From assembly GCF_006345805.1 (NCBI RefSeq), contig NC_043018.1:12090001-12154000 (forward strand): a DNA stretch of 64,000 nucleotides. Direction: 5' to 3'. This stretch comes from Octopus sinensis. Lineage: Eukaryota. Numbering within the stretch: the stretch's first letter is position 1; each line of letters opens with the position of its first letter. The notes under the pieces are model-generated. The model did no database searches, was not told where the DNA came from, and saw nothing but the letters and a program-made list of their open reading frames with translations. Below are positions 11,092 to 22,361 of the stretch, piece by piece. The position numbers and the translations under genes are program-made.

Positions 11092-11194
11092 CTAACCCCT
11101 CCTCTCAAAATTTCAGGTCTTGTGGCTATGTTAAAAATCTTCATTTATGTCTAGCTCTTGTGGCAAATAAAATGTGTGTTATATTTTTTAACAG

Positions 11195-11484
11195 ACTGCT
11201 CAATGAATTAAACAGCATGCGTGCCAAGTTGGCTGAGTCTGAACAGAAGAATAAACAGTTGGAGAAGGACTTTCAGAATGTCTGTGATGAAAAAGAAGCT
11301 CTATCTATTGCACACCAGAATGCACTTGCTGAGGTCCAGGTGATGATGTCTTCCATGAAGGCAAAAAACAAACAGATTCAGTACTACCAGAACTGTGAAC
11401 AGACTTGGATCGACAAAGACAAGGAACGGGTAGAGCTGAAGAATAGAGTGGAAAGCTTTGCACAAATCAAGAAACTAGTTCAAA
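11195..11484 (+). CDS. TRAIP: TRAIP coding exon 2 (coiled coil)
   Basis: Acceptor TTTTTAACAG|; AG+A=Arg restores the frame; LLNELNSMRAKLAESEQKNKQLEK... heptads; donor CAAA|GTGAGT, phase 1. Confidence 0.9.
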
Positions 11485-13661
11485 GTGAGTTTCAAATATG
11501 TTTTCAAAAGATTTTGCTTTCTTCATTCTTTTCTCCTTTTACCTGCTCACTTTTGTTTGTGTTTTTGTCATTGCTGTTTCTTTTGTGGTTGTGTTGCATT
11601 GAACAAATGGAGACTGTTGAATAAGGCTGTCTCGCTAGTGCCATGACAAAATGCAGACTGTTGTTAGTGAAAGAAAGACAATCCAGACAATGTACGGTTG
11701 AGAGGACCTGTCGGTGTGACTAACATCACCAGTGCAGATGCCATAGTAAATTGTACCAGTGCACTACTAAAGTGGTTAACAAATGAGTGGAGACTATGAA
11801 TGGTCTGCAGGAAGTTTAGGTTACCTTGCTGGACATTTGTTTAGTGTTTCTTTTCTTTTTAAGTACAATGAAATTATGTGAAAGTCTGTTGAATGGAGCC
11901 TACATGTTCTTTGTTGGTAGCCTTAATTGCTGTTGTCTGGTTTAACACTATCGCCTGATCTTTGAGTGGCTTTCGTAGTGTCTGCTTACTTTTGTTGCAA
12001 GCATTGAGATGAGGTCTCATGTCTAAGGTAAGGTAGCTTGGTATCTGTGAGTTGTAATTTGTTTTCCTTCCTCCAGGCTCAGAAACCCTGAAAAAGGGGA
12101 CATGAGCTCTGCCCATCCTTTTCTGACCAAACTATGCAAAACTAAAAGATTGCTCGTATCCAAGTAGATGCGGTTGGAGATAACTATTTAAGATGACATT
12201 TTGAGGAATTTTGTGTTGATACTTATTATGTCTATAATCAACTTAACTCCCAAATAGCCAATCCACTTTGCTGTATCATCATTATCATTTTACACCTACA
12301 TTCATGGATGCCATGGGTTGGATAGTTTATTATGATTTGAGTCAGTTTTTATCTGTAGTTCCTACAATTTGCAGATAGATAGGAAGACTGCATCTCATTA
12401 ATGTTTTGTTTTAGCCTGATTCCTATGGTTGAATGCTCTTCTGAACACAAACACTTAAAGTGTGCACGGTGTGCTTTATTGAGGCCCCAATAGAAAAACG
12501 AAAAGGTTGTCCTTGATGAGACATAACTAAAGGTTTTCTTGACCCTATGTTTCTGCTTATTTATCAACCACTTAACAAAATGTAGCAGATGCATTTTGTT
12601 GTTGCATCAGCACTTGTAGATTGCCTTGTACTTTGCAAGACATAATGACTCCTTACTCATCTATATTGTTTCCATTCATATAAGGTCAGATAATAATCAG
12701 AGTGAGTAGAGGAGAGAAATGTTGTGGAAAACGAACAATGGTAAGAGTGAAGATCTGGTGGTAAAAGCAGAGTATTTTGAAGGTTCCTCCTAAGACCACT
12801 GAAATCCTGCTGCTTGTAGGAACTGACACAATGTTATAGTTTCCTCCTCTTGAACATCACCTCCTAACACAAACCTTACATCCTTTTTGTCTTTGAGACA
12901 CAAATCTCTCATCCCTTGTTGTCCTAAAGGCCATTACTGCTGTCTAGGCTACACTCACTCCTCTTCCAATCACTTTGATCATATCTCTTCTTACTTTGAA
13001 GACATTCTCTATCTCACCCAGCCCCTTGCTCTTATTGTTCTCAACTCTTCTTCGCTCTTGTATTCATCCCACATTAATGCTGCTGATACAAGAATCAAAT
13101 GTTTTACAGTAACTTAACTCTTCTAGTTTCATCCCTGACAGACAGTCATATCTTTTTCTTCCCTGCCTCCAAACTCAACCTCTCTCCAACCATTGCAATC
13201 TCTGCACCTGTTAGATTGACTGACCACTTACCTGTGTGAATGTTCACCCGGGATGGGTTGAATTGGTTCTAAATCAGTAACCAGCAACATCAAGTATGAT
13301 AGCATCTGCTCATAAAGCTACCCGTTCACCCATTCTATGCTCCACTGTTCCCGTCTCCGAGTCCCTATGTCACTTCCAGCCAGCTGACTCCCATAATTGA
13401 GGCAGTTCTATGACGTATGGGCTTAATTCATGATATACTTGAAACAGCTTATAAGCAAGTGAATGAAATATCCCTTTCGACATGTCCCTCCATTGGGAAT
13501 TTTCTAAGTGTGTCTTATGTATTAAGAATGCATACTTAATTGCAGATTAATGCATTTATGGCATGAGCCCAAAAGAAGCTTTGATTAACTAAAATTATGC
13601 TTACAATGAAAATTGGTTTTGCTTGTTATTGTATAACTTATTTGTTTTCAATTTATTTTAG

Positions 13662-14404
13662 TGACTGAAACTGAAAGTAAATTGCTGTTGGAAGATGTGA
13701 TGAATGGCCCTGGGGCAGTGGAGCGATTAGTTAATCTCTGTACCATCATTAAACGAGAATATGAACAGTGCAAACGGAGCAGGAAATCTCAGCGCTCTGA
13801 ACTGGAAAAGGTCCTGAAGCAATTGGCTTCAATGCGAGTGACCCTTGATGAGACAAAAACCCAGGAGAAGCTGCTTAAAGAACACTGCAAGAATTCTGAA
13901 AAAGAACTGACAAGATGTGAGGCTGAAATAGCAACCTTGAGAAAACGCCTGGCCAAATCTGAGCCGAAAAGAAAACTCTTGACATCCGAACCTGATAATG
14001 AGATTATTCCAGAGTCTGAAAATTTTGAAAAGGTTCCACATTCATCTGCTCCACCACAATCATCTTCATTATCAATAGCATTAAAATCCCAGAAGACTGC
14101 TGTCGTTAGCAATTGCATTTCAAATTTCAGTGACTCACAATCTAATTTTTTTTGGAAAATTACATCTGCATGCCAAAAGAAACCAAAGTTGACCAGCAAG
14201 AGTTCATCAAATGTTATTCCTATTCCGTCTTGCAATAACTCACCACAGGTGCCAATTCTGAAGAATATTCGGCGTGGTTATGATGGCTTAGGAGGCCATA
14301 CTTCTTTTACTCAATCTCTTGGTCGGACTTCTATCCTGAAGAGGAAACAGTTTGATAATAATGTCACTAATACAAAACACAAACTGTTCTCATCAAGAAA
14401 TTAA
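13662..14404 (+). CDS. TRAIP: TRAIP coding exon 3 (coiled coil and C-terminus)
   Basis: Acceptor TTATTTTAG|; A+TG=Met in frame; contains LCTIIKREYE and the TRAIP-typical GYDGLGGHTSF motif; TAA ends at 14404. Joined CDS is 1269 nt (422 aa). Confidence 0.92.
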
Positions 14405-14596
14405 TTTTTTTTTCTACTTTATTTTTAATTAGTTATCCAACATTTTCCACCCTCTTTTTTAAACTTTCTATTGTTGTCTACTTTTTTAATTTTCTAGGTT
14501 GTATAAAAAAATTAAAATTTTATGCATTCTTTTGTTAAGAGGAATTTTACTGCTTGTCTTTCTCAAGTCCTGATTTTAATCTCTTTAGGTTTACTA

Positions 14597-14602
14597 AATA
14601 AA
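14597..14602 (+). terminator. Candidate TRAIP polyadenylation signal
   Basis: AATAAA ~190 nt after the stop, followed by a T-rich tract. Confidence 0.45.
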
Positions 14603-14916
14603 ATCAAAAAGTGTACATTTTTTTATTGGTGCAGACAGCACGTTATGAGTAACACAGTTATTTATCTAGCAACTATGCGATGCTTATAGACCTCATTAGC
14701 TGCGTGTTGTTTTGCAACTGGCCATTACTGAATAGCTGGTCAGATAGCTGCATGTGCAAGTGACATACATCACCCCACCCACCCCCAGCTCCCATGAACT
14801 TGTCTTGCAACACCCTCTGAACATACCTGCTTCTGCTATTGCTTCGGCTCTCAAAGTCTGCCCTAATTATCAAGCTGGATGTGATTGGAAGGAGACATTG
14901 CTGCTTCTTGCACAGC

Positions 14917-15089
14917 AGGCACAGACATGGCTGTGTGGTAAGTAGCTTGCTTCCTGACCACATGGTTCCGGGTTCAGTCCCGCTGTATGGCACTTTGGAC
15001 AGGTGTCTTCTGCTATAGCCTCAGGCCGACCAAAGCCTTGTGAGCGGATTTGGTAGGTGGAAGCTAAAAGAACCTGTTGTATATATGTA
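14917..15089 (+). mobile_element. SINE family A, 5' half (tRNA head; 3' half at 17937-18165)
   Basis: A-box TGGCTGTGTGGT and B-box GGTTCAGTCC, then family body; interrupted by the LTR element. Confidence 0.8.
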
Positions 15090-17936
15090 CGTGAAAACTG
15101 TTCGCTTGTGACCACAAAAAGAGAGATCTCGGTATCAAGGTACGAAGAAAGGATGGCTGAGCAGAAACACAGACTTCCTAGATAAATATAGCCAGACGAT
15201 GTCTTGTGAAAACTGTTAGTTTATTAACACAAAATAGAGATAAATATTTCGTTATCAAAGATATGCGGAAAAATGACTGAACAGAAATACAGATTTCAAT
15301 GCAACAAAGAATATCACTTATGTAAGAGTCTTGTGGAAATTTCGTTTGTAATCGCAAAGGAGATAAATACTTCGATATCAAGATACAAAGATAAATAACT
15401 GACCAGAAATACAGAATTCAGTTGCAGCAGCTTTTTTATCTATTTGATTATATGTGCAAAAGTTTGTTGTAGAAATTTTCATTCAACGGCAATGAGTTCT
15501 TTTTCCTTTTCTTCTCTTTGACTGGTGGTTCTCCCCTAGACGTCCAAACTTCAACTGACTCGTGGCTTCTACCTTTGCGTCTCTCTCTAACTTGTTCAAT
15601 ACACGTGACAAAGCATGTCACAACAACCTCTCAGCACCAAAAGGTTGTCAGAAATGGCACATGAACTAACGGCAGACTTATTTCAAACAATATTTCGAGA
15701 GTCTACTCCATTAACATGGATATATTTCTGCCAGAGGTCCTTGTTAACTAATAATTTGTTCTCTATTGATTCATTAGCGCAATCAAAGACCTTGTTTTTT
15801 ACCTTTTTTTTTATTCTGTTGGGTCTTGTTTCCTAACTGTAATCACATACTTGTTTTTTTCTCTCCAGACTCAGGGCCTCAAGGGGCAAAGAGAAGCAAT
15901 TGACCATCATAACGTTTGTTTGGTATTATTTTCAATTTGACCGTTTGGATAAATGTATCTTGATCAGTCTCTATATCAATAATGGCTGCTAATGGTCAAA
16001 GATTCCTTGGGCCTGACTTCCATTACCCTAATGACTTGTCCCTTTCTTGGTCCTGCCCTGTGAACTGACCATGTTTGTTTGTGTGCCTTGGATCTTTCAT
16101 TGAGTGAATAGAGGTAATCCATTTGCCAAATCTCCCAAAATTTGATTAAATTGTTCACTACATTTGGATTAGCTTGCTCAAGTTGGGATGGTCATTTGAG
16201 TAGAGCAATGTCTTGTCTGTTGGGTTGTAGAAGGTCAATGTGTTGCCGTTTTCTGCTGGAACATATGTCAGTGGTTGGCTGTTGAGAGAACATTAGATTT
16301 CTTGTAGGATTAGTTGGTTAGGATTGAGTAATTGGTGTCCAATTGATCATTTAAGTCTTTCTGTGGTATCCCATTCTTTGCTATGAAGCATCAGAGACAA
16401 TTACTCGTCTTCAGCACTCAACAACCCATAGGCCAGTTCCGAATGCTCTCTTTGACAGACAACTGAAGAGACAAATCCAAACCTGCTTGTCATTGTCAGT
16501 TTTGTTGAACTAGTTTGGTCCTAACGAGTCAACTGCTGTTTTGGCGAATGGTTTGCTAATATTGACATGGCCAGCTGGTAGGTCAGGAAAGGGTTCACCC
16601 TATCTTTACAACAGACCATACATTCTCTCAGCATTCTTTTAACTTCAGTGCATCCTCTTGGTAACCAATAATCTTTGTGCAATGTTGCCAGAATACCAAT
16701 TGGTCCAGAATGATGTTGTAGTTCATTTATAGCAAGTAGTTCCGTGAATCTATGTTTGGGTGGCAAAAATATGGGTCAGTTTCAACCATGATTTATTTTT
16801 TAGTCACACTTGACATCGGATAATCAATTCTTGATCACTGTACAATCTAAGGTTCTTGGCTAAACTTTGATATTGTTTAGGGTATTGATCCTGATATTCT
16901 TGTTGTGTTAGTCTGATCACCGCTTTGGTGGTGGTTAAAATTTCTGAAGCGTTTGTGATAGAGAAACAAACATTTGAGAACTGATCCCAGTGGATAATTG
17001 GTTTATTTCCTGAGTGCAAGACTCCAGTTTTGAATGATTTTTGGGGTGTTTTGCAGGTTTCCTTTTCAGTCATGATTTCCTCTGCATTCAAAGTTCTCGC
17101 TTTCCATTCTGGCCATTCTTCCACAAACATGATTTTCTCAATTCTGCTAGTTTTGTTCCTCCAGTTGCAACATTGGCCAGAAACAATACAAAGTGCTAAC
17201 ATTTTAAACAGTAATCAATATATTTCAAAATAATTCGTCAAAATACATATGTGTGAACCAATATAAGTCAGTTTTTTAAGAATATGATGTGCTAATTTCT
17301 TTAATTTCGAAGGTCGTCACAGCTTACGAAAGTGCCGAACAATTCATCGAAGAAAATTAATTTTATTTTATCTCATTCTCGTCACTAATATTTTGTGGAA
17401 ACTGTTCGCTTGTTACCATAAAAAGAGATAAATATCTCGGTATCAAGATACAAAGAAAAGCTGGCTGACCGGAAATACGGACTTCATAAATAAATATAGC
17501 CAGATGATGTCTTGTGAAAACCAGGAGATTATGAACACAAAATAGAGATAAATATTTCGGTATCATATATACACAGAAAAATGACTGAATGGAAATACAG
17601 ATTTCAATGCAACAAAGAATATCACTTATGTAAGAGTCTTGTGGAAATTTCGTTTGTAATCGCAAAGGAGATAAATACTTCGATATCAAGATACGAAGAT
17701 AAATAACTGACCAGAAATACAGAATTCAATTGCAGCAGCTCTTTTATCTGTTTGATTATATGTGCAAAAGTTTGTTGTAGAAATTGTCATTTAAGAGAAG
17801 TGAGTTCTTCTTCTTCATTTTCTTCTCTTTGACTGGTGGTTCTCCCCTAGACGTCCAAACTTTGACTGACTCATAGCTTCTACCTTTGCGTCTCTCTCCA
17901 ACTCGCTAAATACACGTGATGACACACATCACGACA
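15090..17936 (-). mobile_element. Internally deleted BEL/Pao LTR retrotransposon with two ~540-bp LTRs (15090..15625, 17394..17936)
   Basis: Direct repeats with TG...CA ends (first base of the left LTR is mutated). Internal - strand remnants HHSG...LHKDYWLPRG...LRECMVC (integrase HHCC) and KFWEIWQMDYLYSLNER (Pao C-terminal). PBS-like sequence at 17371..17387. Confidence 0.88.
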
Positions 17937-18165
17937 ATATGTGTGTGTGTGTGTGTGCTTTTGTGTCTGTATTTGTCCCCCATCACTGCTTGACAACCAG
18001 TGTTGGTGTGTTTATGTCCCTGTAACTAAAAGGTTTGGCAAAAGAGACTGAAAGAATAAGTATTAGTTTTAAAAAATAATTCCTGGGGTTGATGTCTTTG
18101 ACTAAAACCCTTTGAGGCAGTGCTCCAGCATGGCCACAATCAAATGAATGAAGCACATAAAAGAA
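17937..18165 (+). mobile_element. SINE family A, 3' half
   Basis: (TG)n then TTTGTCCCCCATCACTGCTTGACAACC...GTGCTCCAGCATGGCC...; continues the head at 14917. Confidence 0.8.
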
Positions 18166-18534
18166 TACAGGAATCAACTGATTGTATGACCACTTGGAGT
18201 TCTATTCATTGCAATCATTTCCTTATGTTTCCCTTAGATAAACCATATTCCTCATGTCTTGCACAGAGTGAGGTGATTGGTGGTCTGTGCTGTGGGAGGT
18301 TTGCCTTGGAGAAAGTGAAAGGCTGTGTTAACCTTTTTGCTAAATTGGTAAACACCAATAGTATCAGACTAAATACCTTGTGGTGATATTTAAATATATT
18401 CCTTTACGTTCTGTCTTCTAATCACATCCTTATCCATTTTATAATGTGAGGCTTTAACGAAGAATACATATTCGTTCATTTTATATCTACTTTTCCATGC
18501 TGGTATGAGTTGGGTGAAGGCATTTTGATGTAGT

Positions 18535-19006
18535 ATTTGTTGACGTAAATGCTCTCGGGTATCCCACAGGAGTAAATCCAGGCTAGACATTCTGGGGAAC
18601 GTGAAGGCCAGTTGACATTGCTGTGGGGGGGGGGTATTCTCTCTCTCCAAAGCACTGCCATAGCAACTGCATTGTTTCTCTTGCAGTATGAGCAGTTGCC
18701 CCATTTTGCTGGAACCATGTGTGAGGTCTACTTTGAATGACCAGGTACAAAATGGTCTCAATTATGGATACCTGAAAGAGAGGGTTTATGTCAACGAACT
18801 GAAGACCCTGGTGCAACTGAAGGAGAACATCAATAGAGAAATCAGAGAAGTGGGGTCTGAAACTCTTGAGGGAGTTATGGTGCCATTTAAGCGGTGTTGT
18901 TTTTCAGATGTGGTGTTGCAAACTTTGACTTGTGCATACTTATTTCCATTGTCCCTTATATTGTATCAAAATTGAAACCCATCACTGACTTTTGGAACAC
19001 CCTGTA
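18535..19006. mobile_element. Tc1/mariner-superfamily transposase C-terminal relics in both orientations
   Basis: - strand WFQQNGATAHTARETM and WPSRSP; + strand GYLKERVYVNELKTLVQLKENI; terminal TTTTGGAACACCCTG|TA. Confidence 0.8.
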
Positions 19007-19009
19007 TAT

Positions 19010-20139
19010 ATATAAAGTAAATTTAATCGCGTCATCAAAGTGGTTGTTGGTGCAGTGCTGCACCTTATATATATATATATTGCTAGTAGGGGTAGTGAAC
19101 CCCTGCCATCCTCTAGCAAACAGCAGAATTGTGAGACTGACTCAGTTTCAAGCTGGTTGACACATCTTCAGTTGCAAGTATCTGGTTGCCAGAGCAATAG
19201 CCAGGGTCCACTCCAGCCAGCAATATATTGAAAACAAAGTGACCATTGGTCACTGATTTGTAACTTCTTCAGCTAGTTGTGAAATCTGAAGAAGAGATCA
19301 GAGTAGTAACTATACTAATAAGTAAAGTTAATTGCCCCATCAAAATGGCCGGTCCATGTTACTACTAGTTTAGCCCCAGGCAAATCTTCTGCCAGTTAGT
19401 TGGCTCTAGTCGCTTTGTTTACAATATATTGCTGGCTGGAGCTGACCTTGGCTACCGCTCTGGCGACCAGGTACTCGCAACTGAAGACAAGCCAACCAGC
19501 TTGAAACAGTCAATCTCATGATCCTGTTGTCTGCTAGAAGATGGTAGCGGTTTGCTCTCCTTGCTAGCAATATACAGGGTGGAGAGGCAAAAGTAGGTAT
19601 CACATCAATGTTATAATGCTTAACTCGTTAACGCTAATTAGTCTCAGTTTTGATATTTTCAGTGTCATTAATCATAATACTTTTATCATAACTTTTAATT
19701 TTGATGCAGCACGGGTCGCGGTCTCAAAGCAATGAAAATATTTTGACAAATTAAATTCAAATGTTGAAGTGAATTTAATGGATTTTGTGTGTTTCTTAAA
19801 TGGCTTATAAACACCTTCCACGCTGCAATTGTTTTAGTTCCAGCACATGATCTCAGATCAGGTCACTTGCTATGCAAGTACATCTCCATAATTTAATTTT
19901 TTTGATAAAAATAAATGAGTTTTGTACATGGGTTTTCTTTTTCATTACTGTATACCTACTTTTGCACCACCCTGTATATGTATATATAGGGTGTAGCGCT
20001 ACACTGATAACCAGCTGGTGGAAGATCTGCCTGGGGTTAAACCAGTTGTAACATGGACCGGCCACTTTGATGTGGCGATTAACTTTACTTGTTAGTATAG
20101 TTACTACTCTGATCTCTTCTTGAGATTTTACAGGTAGCT
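19010..20139. repeat. Interleaved inverted-repeat structure (B-part, A, B, A', B')
   Basis: 19078-19243 is the reverse complement of 19408-19574; 19270-19400 is the reverse complement of ~20010-20139. Confidence 0.8.
19575..19974. mobile_element. Tc1/mariner-type MITE
   Basis: TA|CAGGGTGGAGAGGCAAAAGTAGGTAT ... ATACCTACTTTTGCACCACCCTG|TA: TIRs with TA target duplication. Confidence 0.85.
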
Positions 20140-21814
20140 ATTTTGCCTGTATATTTAACCACAAGTCCTCCTTCAACATCCCAGAGAGATGCAATGCCAC
20201 AACTCTAGCTAAGCATGTCTGGGCTTTGAAAGAAAGCACCACGAGTAAAACAAAGTGGCGGATCCAAAAGAAATGCAAACCATAATTGCAGCAGGAAGTG
20301 CAGATTATGCCTGGCTGAGAAGAGAGCAATTTTAAAAGGGACCCAATGCCCGGATGTCTATCTGAATAGCAGGAGTGAGGTGTTTAATCCTTGCCAGCAT
20401 GAAAAGAGGTACACCTGTGTGCCCCATCATGACTGCAACCACAGGTCCCCTGCCTTGACCTTCCACCAATGGGGAAGCAAAAAGAGTTTGACCAATGCAC
20501 ACCCCTATAAGGCAGAAACCCCACAAATAGACTGCCTTCCACCAGCCCCCAACACACACCCCTGCACACAAATTGTACCCCCACACATTGCACACCACAC
20601 GCTAACAAAAAAAAAAACAACCCATGATTTTATCCTTTACAGAAAGAAAACAGACCAACGAACACAGGTATATATACCTACAGCCCTGGATAAACTTATG
20701 CACCTGACACCACTACACATATCACATACCCCGTCACCACATTAATAATACACACCTTCCCCACTCCAAGATAATTCTTCCAGGCTCAACCAAAGGACAG
20801 AACCCCTAACCTCATCCCCTGGCCACCTTTTTGTTTCACCAGCTTTTTTCACAGCAGCTGCTGACTGGTTGTGTTAATCCACCTCCGACACTAGAGAGCA
20901 GTCACTACAAAACCCTTTTTTGGGGTCTGAAAAACGGTATAGAGTGAGGTGGAAGCTTTGTTTTCCTTAGTGAAAATCGTGCAGGTGAAAAGATCAACGG
21001 TGGTGGGGGTGAAATTTCTGAGACTTCCACCTCACCCCACCCACTTTTCGGACCCAAGCGGAGAGTTTCGTGTATTGGCATTTATCAAACACGAATTTGG
21101 CCATTGTCATTCTGAAACTTCTGCCTGTTATTACTGTGTGTGTGTATGATAGATAGATCGCTGGCCCCTACACATTCCTTATTTTCTCTCCTTGTTTCTT
21201 TCTGTGGAAGAGCGTAGGCTCGAAATATTAAAGACTTTATTTACTTCCCGGGCGTTATACTAATTCATCCGTTTGTTGTCTACACCACCTGTCTTTTGTT
21301 TTTGTGTGAATTCTCTCCCTATATACATAAAGATATATAGATAGATAGATAGACAGACACATTTTCATATGTTGCTATAAAAACATCTCTGGTTATTAAA
21401 GAAGAGTTTTGTTAGGAAAGATTTTCAGTTTAAATTTTTCTGTTGACGGAGACTCATCGTTTTGTCAATGGACCCGGAAGTTGTTTGCAAACTGCAGCAG
21501 TAATTTTCTTCAGCTGAATACACGTCATTGATTGGCTAAAATTACCCAAATACGATAACTTTAACACGAAATAACTTCTAAAATACAAAATTTTGTCAAA
21601 AACGTTAAGAGTAAACCCTGTTTTATGTGACACATTCTACCAGTATCCGAAGTTTCAAAGTGTTTAGTTATAAAAAAAAAAAAAATCTGTCCGTCAAATT
21701 GAATAGATCACTTAATTCATTGAAACTAACTTTATGAAAATATTTATTTAAATTACTCACTTCGGAGATAGTTTCCATTAATTACCGGGAAATCTGGTTG
21801 CTATTTCTAGCAGT

Positions 21815-21950
21815 TTGAGCGACCTTCGGTTCTCTGAATTACTTGCCCTTTAGTCGACCGATCGTCAGTCTCCGCCTGGAAGTCGTGTTGGACGGTCGCG
21901 GTTAGACGTCGGAGGGAAACAACAGCTTTCTGGCTCTTTCGCCACTGGAC
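21815..21950 (+). promoter_or_regulatory. CpG-rich candidate promoter of seipin
   Basis: Cluster of CpGs (GTCGACCGATCG...GGACGGTCGCGGTTAGACGTCGG) ~400 nt upstream of the ATG in a CpG-depleted background. Confidence 0.4.
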
Positions 21951-22361
21951 ACTGTTATTTACTGCTTACAACAAACAAGGAAAACATAAACAACACATTT
22001 TGGAAGGTTTTTCTCACCCTTAATAATACTTATGATTCGTATTTTGTTCCGATGTCAGAGGAACACATTTTGACGTTTCTCTCTCTCCCATGTGTTCCCC
22101 GTTTATTCGTCTTCGCCAGTTTCATTCTGTTGCTATAAATTGATGTCGTTTTAAACATTTGTTTGACTTTAAAAACAAATCTATCACATCTCAGTGTGTG
22201 CTTCTGTAACAGTTTTCTTTGATATTCGATTGTTTTACTCACACATTCATCTATCGTCACCAGTCTCCTCATTAAAAAAAAACAGCAATAACGAAACTAC
22301 TACTACTACTAATAATAATAATATAAATCTTTATTTCCTTCCTTTGCATCCCGAATCAACG

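Noticed and set aside
15178-15381. Duplicated small ORF (MISKYLSPLRLQTK..., also 17363-17689)
   Set aside because: The duplication reflects the two LTRs; not a gene pair.
20138-20940. GC-richer block with several overlapping ORFs
   Set aside because: No recognisable domain or splice pattern; probably an old retroelement fragment, left unassigned.
22194-22361. 56-codon in-frame N-terminal extension of seipin from GTG
   Set aside because: No ATG; contains (ACT)n/(AAT)n low complexity; likely 5' UTR.
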